Part shown: positions 52,157 to 64,000 of the stretch, piece after piece
Layout of the letters: each line of letters opens with the position of its first letter
Numbering within the stretch: the first letter of the stretch is position 1
NCBI RefSeq assembly: GCF_006345805.1
Contig: NC_043011.1
Coordinates: 53,394,464 to 53,458,463 of the forward strand
DNA: 64,000 bases
Direction of reading: 5' to 3'
Origin: Octopus sinensis
Lineage: Eukaryota
Notes under the pieces: generated by a model
Database searches by the model: none
Told to the model about the DNA's origin: nothing
What the model saw: the letters and a program-made list of their open reading frames with translations, nothing else
Made by a program: the position numbers and the translations under genes

Positions 52157-52671
52157 TAGCATATAAAACACTTTTTATTTTCAAAAATATATCTCAAAAC
52201 CTCACCCTGGTCCTATATGCGAAGTTGGGTTCCCCATAAACTCTAAGGCACTAAAAACGGTTTTTCCTAAATATGCTGAAACTGAATGCGTCTTTTATGC
52301 CATCATTTACGGTATTCTGGTGAAGGCATGTAGCCTAGTGGTTAAGGCGCTACAAATCAAGATCGCAGCATGGTGGTTTCGATTTTCTATATAATTGTAG
52401 GCTTGACTCCGAATTTCATATCTAGAATTAGTGATTTAAATATTCATACTTTTTTGTGTTGCTTCAGCAATACATATACCGTCAATCCTCGAGTATAGTC
52501 CGCCCTAGAGTATAATACGCAGGGGATTTTTAGGGGGCTGTACCTCTGAAAAACCTAAGTCTTGCGTATAATAGGCACCCCTTCTCTAACTTGAGTCAAG
52601 GAGGTCTATATAACGTCCTTGGTTTGTAAGAATGTATACGGTAACGTCCTTTATTATTATTGTATATATAG

Positions 52672-53483
52672 TGTAGCAATATCGTCTCTCAGTGCTATCT
52701 TCACTGTTTGAGAAGAGTATATAGAATGACCTCGGTCGAGATTACAAACAGCTTTGGCTGGTTTAACATTGTTGTAAACACTAATTCGATTGGCTGACAC
52801 GTTGGTCTCTACTACGCTCGCACCGCTGGTTATAACTTGGCGCAAAATGTCTCGACTTATTTTCGCGCCATAGTTCCAAGCAGCCAATCACAGCTTTCCA
52901 TTTCGGAAGTTCATTGGGAGCTATGTAAAGCCTATAAATAAGGTTTCTCAGAAGAATATTCGTCTTAGGTTTCCAGTCCTTCTCAGGGCGAACCTCTGAC
53001 CACACACAGAGCTCGTCTTAGGTTTCCAGTCCTTCTCAGGGCGAACCTCTGACCACACAGAGCTCGTCTTAGGTTTCCAGTCCTTCTCAGGGCGAACCTC
53101 TGACCACACAGAGCTCGTCTTAGGTTTCCAGTCCTTCTCAGGGCGAACCTCTGACCACACACAGAGCTCGTCTTAGGTTTCCAGTCCTTCTCAGGGCGAA
53201 CCTCTGACCACACAGAGCTCGTCTTAGGTTTCCAGTCCTTCTCAGGGCGAACCTCTGACCACACACAGAGCTCGTCTTAGGTTTCCAGTCCTTCTCAGGG
53301 CGAACCTCTGACCACACAGAGCTCGTCTTAGGTTTCCAGTCCTTCTCAGGGCGAACCTCTGACCACACAGAGCTCGTCTTAGGCTTTTAGTTCTTTTAAG
53401 AACTAAGTCTCTGACCACACAGAGAATACTCGACCAAGTTCCAGTTTCGAGGCAGGCGACCACCATTAATACAAGATGTTACA
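52672..53483 (+). mobile_element. Candidate solo LTR
   Basis: Starts TGTAGCA, ends TGTTACA; CCAAT (52884) and TATAAATA (52933) internally. No convincing TSD. Confidence 0.45.
52960..53421. repeat. 51/53-bp tandem array, 8 near-identical units plus 1 diverged unit
   Basis: GAGCTC unit starts at 53009, 53060, 53111, 53164, 53215, 53268, 53319 and 53370. Units differ only by one CA. Confidence 0.95.
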
Positions 53484-54491
53484 GATACCTCTCATACTGT
53501 TAGTGTGAAAAATCACCATGAAGAAAACGGTTACAAGATATCTATAACTAGAGAAACATAACCAAGCAGAACATATAATGAAGAAGCAGCAAGAACCAAT
53601 CGACAAACATCGAAGATTTAAATTGTACACGAGACAACTACAGATTCAACTATAGCGGTTAGGTGAAATTCTCGCCACGAAGAAAACGGCTACAGAAACA
53701 TGTCTGGAAGTATATTCATATCAAGAGAAAGATAAACACAACGAGTGATTCAATTAATCTCAACTGCGACACGCAATACCTTGATATAGAACTCTTACAG
53801 TGTACCTCATAAACGGTAAATCAATTATCTGTTCTTGGGTTCTAGTTTCTTCTAAGAACTACCTTAAGCCATCTGTTATTACCTGTTGCCAAGCCGATAC
53901 CAACAACATTAACTGTGAATCAAATCCCATCGTCATTTTCACTGGTCAGTACCTTTTTACGCCTAACGAACACACAGACACAAAAACATGCGAACACTTA
54001 CAAACTTCCAACATCAAACATGATTGTAAAATATGTAAAATAAATAATGTATATATCTTAAAAAGAAATCTTGTTGTCATTCCAAACTTATGTGTATTGC
54101 CGCTGCATGTAAAATATAGTCAGTAAAATATATTATTAAGAATAGGACCACGTTTCTATTTTTATAATAGCATAATGCAAACGTGTAGCTTTTTTTGTGC
54201 ATTTTGTTTGCAGAAAATAAAGAAATAACAGTAATAATGTTTAATAAATGTTGCTTATTGCAAGTTATGGATGATACTTTTATGACTTCATTGCTTTCAG
54301 GCTTAGCTTAATGTATTTTCGCGCCCGACATCATAAAATGCGTTTGAATAAACATTACCGGACAGCAAATAAACACTCGGACATTGCTTAGAAAATAATT
54401 TTCATTTTTAACCTCGTATATAGTAAGCACTAGGGATTTTGACCTTTAAATTTTGGGAAAAAGTGCGGATTATACTCGAGGATTTACGATA

Positions 54492-55200
54492 CTAAAATTG
54501 GAGCGATACAGGGTAGAGATTACGGTACTCTTAGTGATATTATTGCAAGTAAGGTTTCGTAGGAAGGAAACTTATTGGTGTGTAATATTTTGGGTTGATG
54601 TATTTCCATTGAATGTTTTGACTAAAAGTTTTTCATCTTATATCATGGGAGCCTTCAAGTCTTTTTTTTTTGTGTCTTTTTTCTTCTCTTTTCAGCGCCT
54701 TTTGGTTACTTTTGTTGTTACGATCTCTTGCGACTGCTCTGATGCTGCGTTCATACTTTGAACAATATCATCCTTAGTGATTCCTTCGCTGCCTAAAAGC
54801 CTCCTTCGAATTATTCTGTTTCTCTTTACGGTTGTTGGTGCTGCATTGATTTCTGTTAATATTTTTTTCAACCAAGTTTTTGATAAAATAGTTTTTGGTT
54901 AGAATGGTTGTTTGCTTTGTTCAAAGAGTAGCTGTTAATTCCTTTTTTTTTTCTCTCTTTGTTTTCTGTTTTTTCTTTTTTGTTTTTTGTTTTTCATGCT
55001 TCTAGATCCTTTGTGATTTGGTGAGGATCTCTTATTTCAGGCGTTCTTCGATTCTTACTTCTTCTTTTACATTACATTACTCTGGTATTTTTCTCTCCTA
55101 GCTTTTTCCCAGTTGCATCGTTTCGTTCTTGATTATATTAAGGATTGAAAGATCTTTTCTTTTTTTCATGTATATTTGTTTTCCATGTCGCTTGCTTGAG
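54492..55200 (-). pseudogene. Highly decayed R4/Dong-like pre-RT region
   Basis: Broken translations EERLK*EILTKSQRI...SNQKLFY, KAP and PKYYTPISFLPT resemble the LKQ.I.AK.QR...NQK.FY, WKAPG and P.NYRPI.CLPT motifs. Confidence 0.45.
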
Positions 55201-55799
55201 CTTTGCTAAGCCTACTTGAACAGATCTGAAGAAGTACTCACTTTCCCTTAGAAATACAGTACTCACTTTCCTTCAGAAGTACAGTGGCTGCCGCATATAA
55301 TATTTCACTCAGCTTGGTGATATTGATGTTTGTGTCTGTTTTAATTAATTCTGTGATGGCCAGGTCTATATATTTTTATTGCCGCTGCTATTTTATCATT
55401 GAGGGTCGACAAGTACCAGTTGAACACCGGGATCAGTGTAAACGACTTACCCACTGTTATGTGTAGTTTGGGTTCTAATGGGATAGACAACCAAATGAAG
55501 ACCATTGTTATTGTTACGTGTTTATTTACTTTCCATGTAACACGGACTCGACATTCAGCGTAGTGATACATAATATACTTTACACACAGTTGTACTGTTC
55601 ACTAACAAAATAGTGCCAAGAGTGGGGATGTAGTTTGGCATACGTAAACACATAGATATGAATGTGTAACACCCACCTTCTGTAAAACTACTGGCGTTTT
55701 GTTAAAATTTGAAATCATCACCACCATCACCATCATCATCATCATCATCATCAACATCATCATTGTTATCCTCCTCCTCCTCCGCCTCTTCCTCATCTT

Positions 55800-56420
55800 T
55801 AAGGTTGCTAGCTGGCAGATTCGTTAACATGCCGAGCGAAATGCTTAGCGGTGTTTCGTCCGTCTTCACCGTTCTGAGTTCCATTTCCGCCGAGGATGAC
55901 TTTGCCTTTCATCCTTTCGGTGCCAATAAATTAAGGGCCAGTTGAACACTGGGTGGGTGGGGGGTGGGGTATCAATGTAATCGACTTAGCTCTTCCCCGA
56001 AATTATTGGCCTTGTGCCTAAATTTGAAACCATTTTTTATGATTATTATTGTTATTATTATTATTATTACTAAGGCAAAGGCGGTGAGTTGGCGGAGTCG
56101 TTAGCACGCTGGACGTAATGCTTAGCAGTATTTCACCCATCGCAACGTTCTAAGTTCAAATTCCGTCGAGGTCAAGGTCGATATTGTCTTTCATCTTTTC
56201 GGAGTCGATAAATTAAGCGTCGGTTGAACACAGGGGTCGATGTAATCGACTTATACCCTCCCTCAAAATTGCTACCCCTGTGGGAAAATTTGAAACCATT
56301 ATTATTAATAAGGCGGTAAGTTGGCAGAGTCGCTGGCACACCGGACAAAATGCTTAGCAGCATTTCGCCAGTCTTTAAGTTCTGAGTTCAAATTCTGCTC
56401 AAGTCGACTTTGCCTTTCGT
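55800..56420 (+). mobile_element. Three co-oriented SINE C copies
   Basis: Heads at about 55801, 56079 and 56309, each with CTGAGTTC/CTAAGTTC and the core. Confidence 0.8.
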
Positions 56421-56470
56421 ATGTAGATGTATCTGAGCAACGACCTTTTCCCAACTACCGCTTTTTCCAA

Positions 56471-56510
56471 ATGTCCTGAAGAAGGGGTCTGCACCCCGAA
56501 ATATAGAAAT
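56471..56510 (+). ncRNA. Candidate type I hammerhead ribozyme with canonical CUGAAGA core
   Basis: ATGTC-CTGAAGA-A-GGGGTctgcACCCC-GAAA-TATA-GAAAT; stem I 4/5 paired, palindromic stem III ATAT. Confidence 0.55.
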
Positions 56511-56740
56511 ACAAAGTAAAACTGCAACTTTGTCCTGTTTTCTTTTCCTTTTGTAGTTTATTTTGTACTTTCTCGCAACTACAAAACTACTTTCTTTAAA
56601 GTTATATCCCACAATGCTTCACCAAAACAATCTCATTTTAAGTGAGAATATTTGTATGTGTGTGTGTGTGCTCTTTGCCTTCACATCATGTGATGTTTGT
56701 AAATTAGCGTCACCTGTAACTATTAAAAAGTGAGAATAAG

Positions 56741-56895
56741 CGCAGGAGTGGATGTGTGGTAAGTAGCTTGCTTACTAACCACATGGTTCCAGATTCACTC
56801 CTATGGCGTAGCACCTTGGGTAAGTGCCTTCTACTATAGCCTCAGGCCGACCAAAGCCATGTGAGTGGATTTGGTAGACGGAAACTGAAAGTATA

Positions 56896-56950
<55 letters not shown>

Positions 56951-57360
56951 TACATATAGGTGCAGGAGTGGCTGTGTGGTAAGTAGCTTGCTTACCAACC
57001 ACATGGTTCCGGGTTCAGTTCCACTGCGTAGCACCTTGGGCAAGTGTCTTCTACTATAGCCTTGGGCCGACCAAAGCCTTGTGAGTGGATTTGGTAGATG
57101 AAAAACTGAAAGAAGCCCATTGTATATATGTATATATATGTATATGTGTGTGTGTCTGTGTTTGTCCCCCCAACATCGCTTGACAACTGATGCTGGTGTG
57201 TTTATGTCCCCGTAACTTAGTGGTTCGGCAAAAGAGACCGATAGAATAAGTACTAGGCTTACAAAGAATAAGTCCTGAGGTCGATTTGCTCGACAAACGA
57301 CGGTGCTCCAGCATGGTTGGAGTCAAATGACTGAAACAAATAAAAGAATAAAACAATAAA
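56741..57360 (+). mobile_element. Truncated SINE A (56741-56890) followed by a full SINE A (56959-57360)
   Basis: Two heads separated by (TA)n. Confidence 0.85.
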
Positions 57361-57680
57361 AATCATAATAACAAAGCAAAATACTGTTTCATTTCCAGTC
57401 TTCTGTGAAAAACACACCTGGCCATGAAGAAATGTTACCTTACTTGGAAACAGGTGAAGGTTGGCAATGGGAAGAGCATTCAGCTGTAGGAAAAATCTAC
57501 CTCAGCAAACAAATTCCTTCAGAGACATGCAAGGTTGGAAAAGTGGACATTAAAGGATAATGAATAAGCATTGAAAACAATTAGTAAAACACATGGCACA
57601 GGCTAACAGCAAGTGACCCTCATTTCTGACTTGAAGCCTTAGCATTATAACAATAGTAATAATAATAATAATAATAATAA

Positions 57681-58647
57681 TTATTATTATTATTATTATT
57701 ATTATTCTATGTTGACTTTTGCTTTATATTTGTACAAGTTGGCTCCAAGTCTCACCCAGAGACCTCAAGAGACAACAGGGTTGGAAGTTCATGTTGTTGT
57801 TATGCCTAGTGTGCCATATATTGGGGGGTGGGGATGTTGTACTAATGAATGTCTAAAAAAAAAAGTTTTTTTTTTTTTTTTTTTTTTTTAAACCGAAAAT
57901 TATGGTTGTTTTAAACCTTGAGGTTACATAGAGAGTATTTTGCGTAGGATATGAGCAGTTCCCATGAGCACTATCTTTTGAACTTCTGCCATTTTTGGGT
58001 TTCCTGGTATCTGAGTTAGGTAGCTATCAGCCCCTTTTGCTATCATTCCAGGGCACCTATGACAACAGGTATTGTTTTAGTCTTCAGCTTCCACATTTTG
58101 CTGATTTCTATTTCAAGATCTTTATATTTGCTCAGTTTTTGGTAGGTCCTGACAGATACGTTTATATCGATTGGGACAGTCATATCAATGAGGAGGCATG
58201 TTCTTTGTTTGAAGTCTTTCAATATGATGTCTGGCCTATTTGCATCTATCTTCCTGTCAGTTTGAATGGTGAAGTTCCAGAGGAGTGAGATGTGGTCATT
58301 TTCAAGCACTGGGGGTGGTTTGTGTTCCCACCAGTTTTTCTCATGGGGCAACTCCAGGTTTTTACAGATTACCCAGTGAATATATTGTGCAGCTCTATCG
58401 TGCCTGTTGAGATACTCTGTAGGCGCTAGAAGACTGCACTTGGAGACCACATGGTCAATGGTTTCATTTTGTTGCTTGCATACATGACACGTTGGACTGC
58501 TTCTGATCTTTAATATGTTGGCCTGGTAGTTTCTTGTTGGTAGGCATTGATCTTGAGCTGCTATGATAAACCCCTCTGTTTCAGATTTTAAGCCAGAGGC
58601 CATTAGCCATTGATGGGTCAGAGCTTTGTCGATATCTGCATTATTCG

Positions 58648-58650
<3 letters not shown>
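57681..58650 (-). mobile_element. 5'-truncated R4/Dong-clade LINE (CCHC knuckle, RLE endonuclease, 3' UTR)
   Basis: ETEGFIIAAQDQ...CHVC...ETIDHVVSKC...RHD...NRPDII...LIDMTVP...KLSKYKDL...VIGAL. A 1-bp frameshift near 58047 is followed by MIAKG...QKIVLMGTAHILRKILSM* (stop about 57924). (TAA)n on both sides. Confidence 0.9.
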
Positions 58651-58735
<85 letters not shown>

Positions 58736-59062
58736 GTTGTTGTTGTTATTATTATTGTTATTAGTAGTAGTAGTAGCGGTGGTGTTGGTGGTTGTGGTGC
58801 TGGTGGTTGTTGTTGTGATGTTGGTTGTGGTAATGGTTGTGGTGATGGTGGTTGTTGTTGTGATGTTGGTTGTGGTGATGGTGGTGGTGGTGGTATTTAT
58901 AGCAGTAGTAGTAGTGGTGATGGTGGTTGTGGTGGAGGAGGTAGTAGTAGTAGTTATAGTAGTAGTAGTGGTGATGGTGGTGGTGGTTGTGGTGTTGGTG
59001 GTTCTAGTAGTTATAGTAGTAGTAGTGGTGGTGGTGATGGCAGTGGTTATAGTAGTAGTAGC

Positions 59063-59097
<35 letters not shown>

Positions 59098-59220
59098 ATA
59101 TTCAGAAGTATATTGTATAGCCTCACACATCTAATGACTTGTGTGTCACATTTTGTATTTGTATGTTTAAGTGAACCCTTGTGGCCAATAAAGAAAGGAT
59201 CATCATCATCATCATCATCA

Positions 59221-59269
<49 letters not shown>

Positions 59270-59529
59270 TACTATTATTATTATTATTATTATTATTATT
59301 TTTAAGATAAACACATTTAAAAAAAAAAGAAAGTGATCAGTCCTAGTTAGTTTTAGAAATGTAGGCTTATTGATTTTTAAGATGGTTGGTTAAAAATTAT
59401 AGTTTCTCCCGAATCTATTTTAATAATACTGGAGATATATTTTAGTTTGCGAATTTACCAGAGTTCGACAGATATTTCTCAGCTGAATAGATTATGAAAT
59501 TCCATTTTCAAATTCAATTTTGCACACAC

Positions 59530-59554
59530 AGACATATATATGTATATGTATATA

Positions 59555-59593
<39 letters not shown>

Positions 59594-59634
59594 TATATAT
59601 ATATTATATATTATATATATATAATATATATATA

Positions 59635-59672
<38 letters not shown>

Positions 59673-60061
59673 CATATATATATATATGTATGTATGTATA
59701 TATATATATATATGCATATATATATATATATATATACATATATATATGTGTGTATGTATGTATGTATATATACTATATTTATATGTATATATGCATCTGT
59801 GTGTGTGTAGGTACTTGTGTGTATGTGTGCATGTGCATTGTCTGAGATATATATATGTATGTATATATGTGTATATGTGTGTGCATGTATGCATATTTAT
59901 ATAGGTATATGTATATATGTAAGTATATATAAGAATAACACTGTATGTATATACATGTTAGTATATATATACATACATACAAACATACATATATATATAT
60001 ATATGTATGTATTTATATACATATGTATATAAATATATATATACATAACCAGAGATGTATG

Positions 60062-60111
<50 letters not shown>

Positions 60112-60305
60112 TATGGGTATATATATATATTATATATATATAATATATATTATATATACATATATATATATATATATAATATACATATATTATATATATA
60201 TATATATATAACATATATATATATATATATATACATATATTATATATATATATAACATATATATATATATATACATATATATAATATAATATATACATAT
60301 ATATA

Positions 60306-60356
<51 letters not shown>

Positions 60357-60548
60357 ATATATAATATATATATATATACATATATATATATACATATACC
60401 ACACACACATATATATAATATATACATATATATATTATACATATATATAATACATATACACACCACACATATATATATATACACACATATATATATACAT
60501 ATATATATATAATATATATACATATATCTATATACATATACACACACA

Positions 60549-60580
<32 letters not shown>

Positions 60581-60810
60581 CATATACACACACACATATA
60601 TATATATACACACACATAATATATATATATATATATTATATATATATATAATACATATACACACCACATATATATATTATATATATACATATATATATAT
60701 ACATATACACACACACATATATATATATATACACACATATATATATACATATACACACATGCACACATACATATATGTGTATGTATGTATGTATGTATTT
60801 ATACGTATGA
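59530..60810. repeat. Long (TA)n/(CA)n microsatellite block
   Basis: Directly visible. Confidence 0.95.
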
Positions 60811-61620
60811 GTATATTGGAAAGGTTGAAATTATTATTTCATTGTTGGTTTTTCAAAAAGATAAGACAACGTTTGTCTTGTTATCTGAGCTCTTAATTTA
60901 CTTACATTTTTCATATTCTAAGAGTTGGGGTTAATTCAATTAGAAATCAATGAAGTTCTTTCTCATCCTGGCTCTTGTCATCATTATCCTTATCATCTTG
61001 TAATCAGTATCATCGTTGTCATCGTTGTCGTTGTCATTGTAATCGTCATCGTCATCGCCGCTAACACAACCGCCATCACCATCGCCATCGCCATCACTGT
61101 AACCACCGCCTCCGTCGTCATCATCGTCATTGCCGTTGTTGTCATCGTCATCATCACCACCTTCACGACGACCACCGTTAACACCATCGCCGCTGCCATC
61201 ATCATTGTCATAATTGTCACCACCACCATCGCTACTACCACTATTCTCCTCTCCCTCCTACTCTCCTCCCCACCTGCCTTCTCATCCTCCTCCACCTCCT
61301 CCTCCACCTCCTCCTCCACCTCCTCCTCCACCTCCTCCTCCACCTCCTCCTCCACCTCCTCCTCCACCTCCTCCTCCTCCACCCCCTCCTCCTCCTCCTC
61401 ACCACCACCACCACCATTTGTTCTGCAGGGCACTGACAATATTTAATGAGGTGTGCTGTGGTTCGGTCCCAGCTTCCACAGTATTAAGTAGCTCTGGGAC
61501 CATTCCCATTCCACACCTGAATATAGAAATGACAGTCTTGTTACAGGTCTCATCTTAGTGGAATTAACCCTCTCTAACCCAGACCCCTGTGTCTAACTTT
61601 ACTCTCCACCTGAGCTCCTG

Positions 61621-61904
61621 TTGTTGTTATTTGTTCCTTTTCGAGCCATGCCTGGCTCATAAGGGCCAGTTTCCTGGTTTCCTTGGCATATAGGTTCCCC
61701 ACCTGGATGGGATGCCGGTCCGTCGCAGGAAAGAGTGAGAAAGTTGTGACAAAAGAGTCAGCAGAAGTTTGCCGTTACCTTCTGCGGAGCCGTATGGAGC
61801 TTAGGTGTTTCACACATAAACACACACATTGCCTGGTCTGAGATTCAAACTCATGATCCCTTAACCGTGAGATGCTGCTCTAACCACTAGGCCATGTGCC
61901 TCCA
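61621..61904 (-). mobile_element. SINE head type D with tail type 2
   Basis: 14-bp TSD CACCTGAGCTCCTG at 61607-61620 and 61905-61918. Confidence 0.9.
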
Positions 61905-62194
61905 CACCTGAGCTCCTGAGCTAAAAGAATAAATAATGATATACACAGCTCATGAGTAATGATTGCAGGCAAACTAATGGACATAATCACAAAAATATTT
62001 CAAGAGAATAACAATAGTAGACCTATCACTGAATTAGCACTGGTATTCACCCAAATCTCTACTTGACTTACCAAGTTTCATTGTCCAACAGACTCTCACT
62101 ATCTACATTAAGGTAAACTTGTTGAAATTCTCATTCATTTTTTTCCGAAGAATGAATATCATCAATAATTTCTTCAATTGTAAAGAGTCTAGGC

Positions 62195-62528
62195 CAGGGC
62201 TGTCCCACCTGAGGCCCACAGGCTGCATGCAGCCCACAGACTTTTATCTTGTGGCCCGCTTGATACTTTCTTGAAATGGGTTTATTTAAACAAACGTTTT
62301 TAAAATTTTATCGAAAATTAAAGATTGTAACGAAAAGTAAAAAAAGAAAGCTACTTCTGTTTTTGCAACGATAATTTTTTGTGTTGAATCAACGATCATT
62401 CATTCATTATTGTAATAACAGCATGAGAAAGCAAAATGCTTTCAATTCTGTCAGTATACAAGCGGCCCTCAAAAAAGACTGTCTGTGATTAAAGTGGCCC
62501 ACAATGTAATTCGAGCTGGCCAGGCCTT
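62195..62528. mobile_element. hAT (Charlie-like) MITE
   Basis: Begins CAGGGCTGTCC with GGCCC subterminal motifs. TSD GTCTAGGC / GTCTAGGT. Confidence 0.7.
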
Positions 62529-62629
62529 GTCTAGGTCTTGCTCATTTGCCAGATGAAGTGCTGGGTTAATTACATGCTCGTTTCATTGCAAAAGATTCAT
62601 CTTTTACAATTAAAAACAAAGGTAAACAG

Positions 62630-63126
62630 CTTTTCTTTTATTCTTTTACTTGTTTCAGTCATTTGACTGCGGCCATGCTGGAGCACCACCTTAAAGGGGT
62701 TTTTAATTGAAGAAATCAACCCCAGGACTTATTCTTTGTAAGCCTAGTACTTATTATATCAGTCTCATTTGCCAAACTGCTAAGTTATGGGGACATAGAC
62801 ACCAACATTGATTGTCAAGTGAATGTGGGGGGACACATAAAGACACATAGACATAAATATATACATATGTATATATATATATAATATATATATATATATA
62901 TACACACACACATACATATATCATCATCATCATCATCATCGTTACACACACACACACACACGCACATACACACATACAATGGGCTTCTTTCTGTTTCTGT
63001 CTACCAAATCCACTCATAAGGCTTTGGTCAGCCCGAGGCTGTAGTAGAAGACACTTGCCCAAGGTGCCATGCAGTGGGACTGAACCCAGAACCATGTGGT
63101 TTGGAAGCAAGCTTCTTACCACACAG
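62630..63126 (-). mobile_element. SINE family A
   Basis: Reverse complement of family A with an expanded internal microsatellite. Confidence 0.85.
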
Positions 63127-63455
63127 AACATCATTAACAATGAGTCATAAACATATGTCAATGCAAAGCTGTAACATGATTGGTTGTCTATTTTTAGTAT
63201 TTTATTTTTCTATGTGAGCTGTCCATTACTGTTTCAATGGGAAGCTGGTTGAGATTATGCGTAGGCTATTCCTGGTGCATCAAGAACATGGCATGACAGG
63301 GTTAAATACAGAACTGCGAAGTAATGAGATGCTTCTCATTATAACAGGTTACAAAGGTTGTTCTTGGTATGACTTTAGCACTGAGCATGACTTTAAACCT
63401 CATCTGGTAGTAGGGCCTTGGTTCAGAAGTTTCAGGCATTTGAAGAAGGTGGAAC

Positions 63456-63723
63456 CAGGGTTGATGCTAGGAAGAGTGGGGCCCAATTTGAGAATTGTCA
63501 GTGGGGCCCTCTACTCTACAAAAGCTGAAGATTGATATTTTATGCTTTGTGTAGTATGTCAATCCCAGCCAAAAAGTGTTGTGGGCTTGAGGCACCACCT
63601 TTAGCCACAATGATATTTTAAAAATTATCATAGTGTCCTCTGCTTGAACATGTGCACAGGGCCCTCTCTTGACACAGGGCTCAGTTTAAACAAATCTGGG
63701 TCACGGGCTTAAAACTGGCCCTC
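63456..63723. mobile_element. Old hAT-like MITE
   Basis: Degenerate TIRs CAGGGTTG.../...CTGGCCCTC, GGGCCC motifs, TSD GGTGGAAC / TGTGGAAC. Confidence 0.5.
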
Positions 63724-64000
63724 TGTGGAACCACCTGTTAACCACTTTTGTTCCTAAGTCTACCCTGACCTGATGTTGTAGCACTTATTAGGGCCCCAGT
63801 GTGAGTTAAATAGCATGTTACCACCCGAGCCAAGGTACCTTGAAACCATGGGATGCACCATGGTGAATGAATTTATTGAATCAATGACAAATATCACATG
63901 GTCATACTTAAACCCTAAGGGCTTCAGAGCCACTTTCATTACTATAATTGGTATTTTTGGCTAAAACTGTGGTTCTCAACCAGGGTCTATATAGCCCCTG

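Larger units (their letters stand above)
52479..54489. mobile_element. Non-autonomous Tc1/mariner-pogo (Tigger-like) element
   Basis: TIRs CCGTCAATCCTCGAGTATAGTCCGC / GCGGATTATACTCGAGGATTTACGA, flanked by TA on both sides. Confidence 0.75.

Noticed and set aside
52960-53421. CRISPR array or repeat-protein CDS (17-aa unit)
   Set aside because: There are no spacers, and the 53-bp units shift the frame repeatedly.
58043-58603. Functional stand-alone endonuclease CDS
   Set aside because: It is 5'-truncated, frameshifted near the C-terminus and followed by a LINE 3' UTR, so it is a retrotransposon relic.

Overview
Eukaryotic, repeat-saturated genomic DNA, most likely an octopus (coleoid cephalopod). 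This is inferred from the repeat repertoire: tRNA-headed SINEs, R4/Dong, CR1 and RTE LINE relics, and very dense TA/TG/TATG/TAA/CCA microsatellites. No intact host protein-coding gene can be supported, and almost all listed ORFs are microsatellite artefacts. The supportable content is: at least four interspersed SINE families (my labels A-D, several with clean target-site duplications), decayed non-LTR retrotransposon coding fragments, hAT, pogo, Merlin-like and Helitron non-autonomous elements, a candidate solo LTR, several tandem arrays and one 100-N gap. The most notable signals are: (i) dispersed short elements carrying hammerhead-ribozyme-like cores with covarying stems (Penelope/retrozyme-like), three of them co-oriented inside a recent 248-bp inverted duplication; (ii) a 133-bp higher-order satellite built from RFX X-box-like 22-mers next to E2F and FOX motifs; (iii) combinatorial head/tail swapping among SINEs; (iv) recurrent identical SINE-in-SINE junctions suggesting self-targeting. 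All alignments were made by eye, so coordinates of degenerate elements are approximate.
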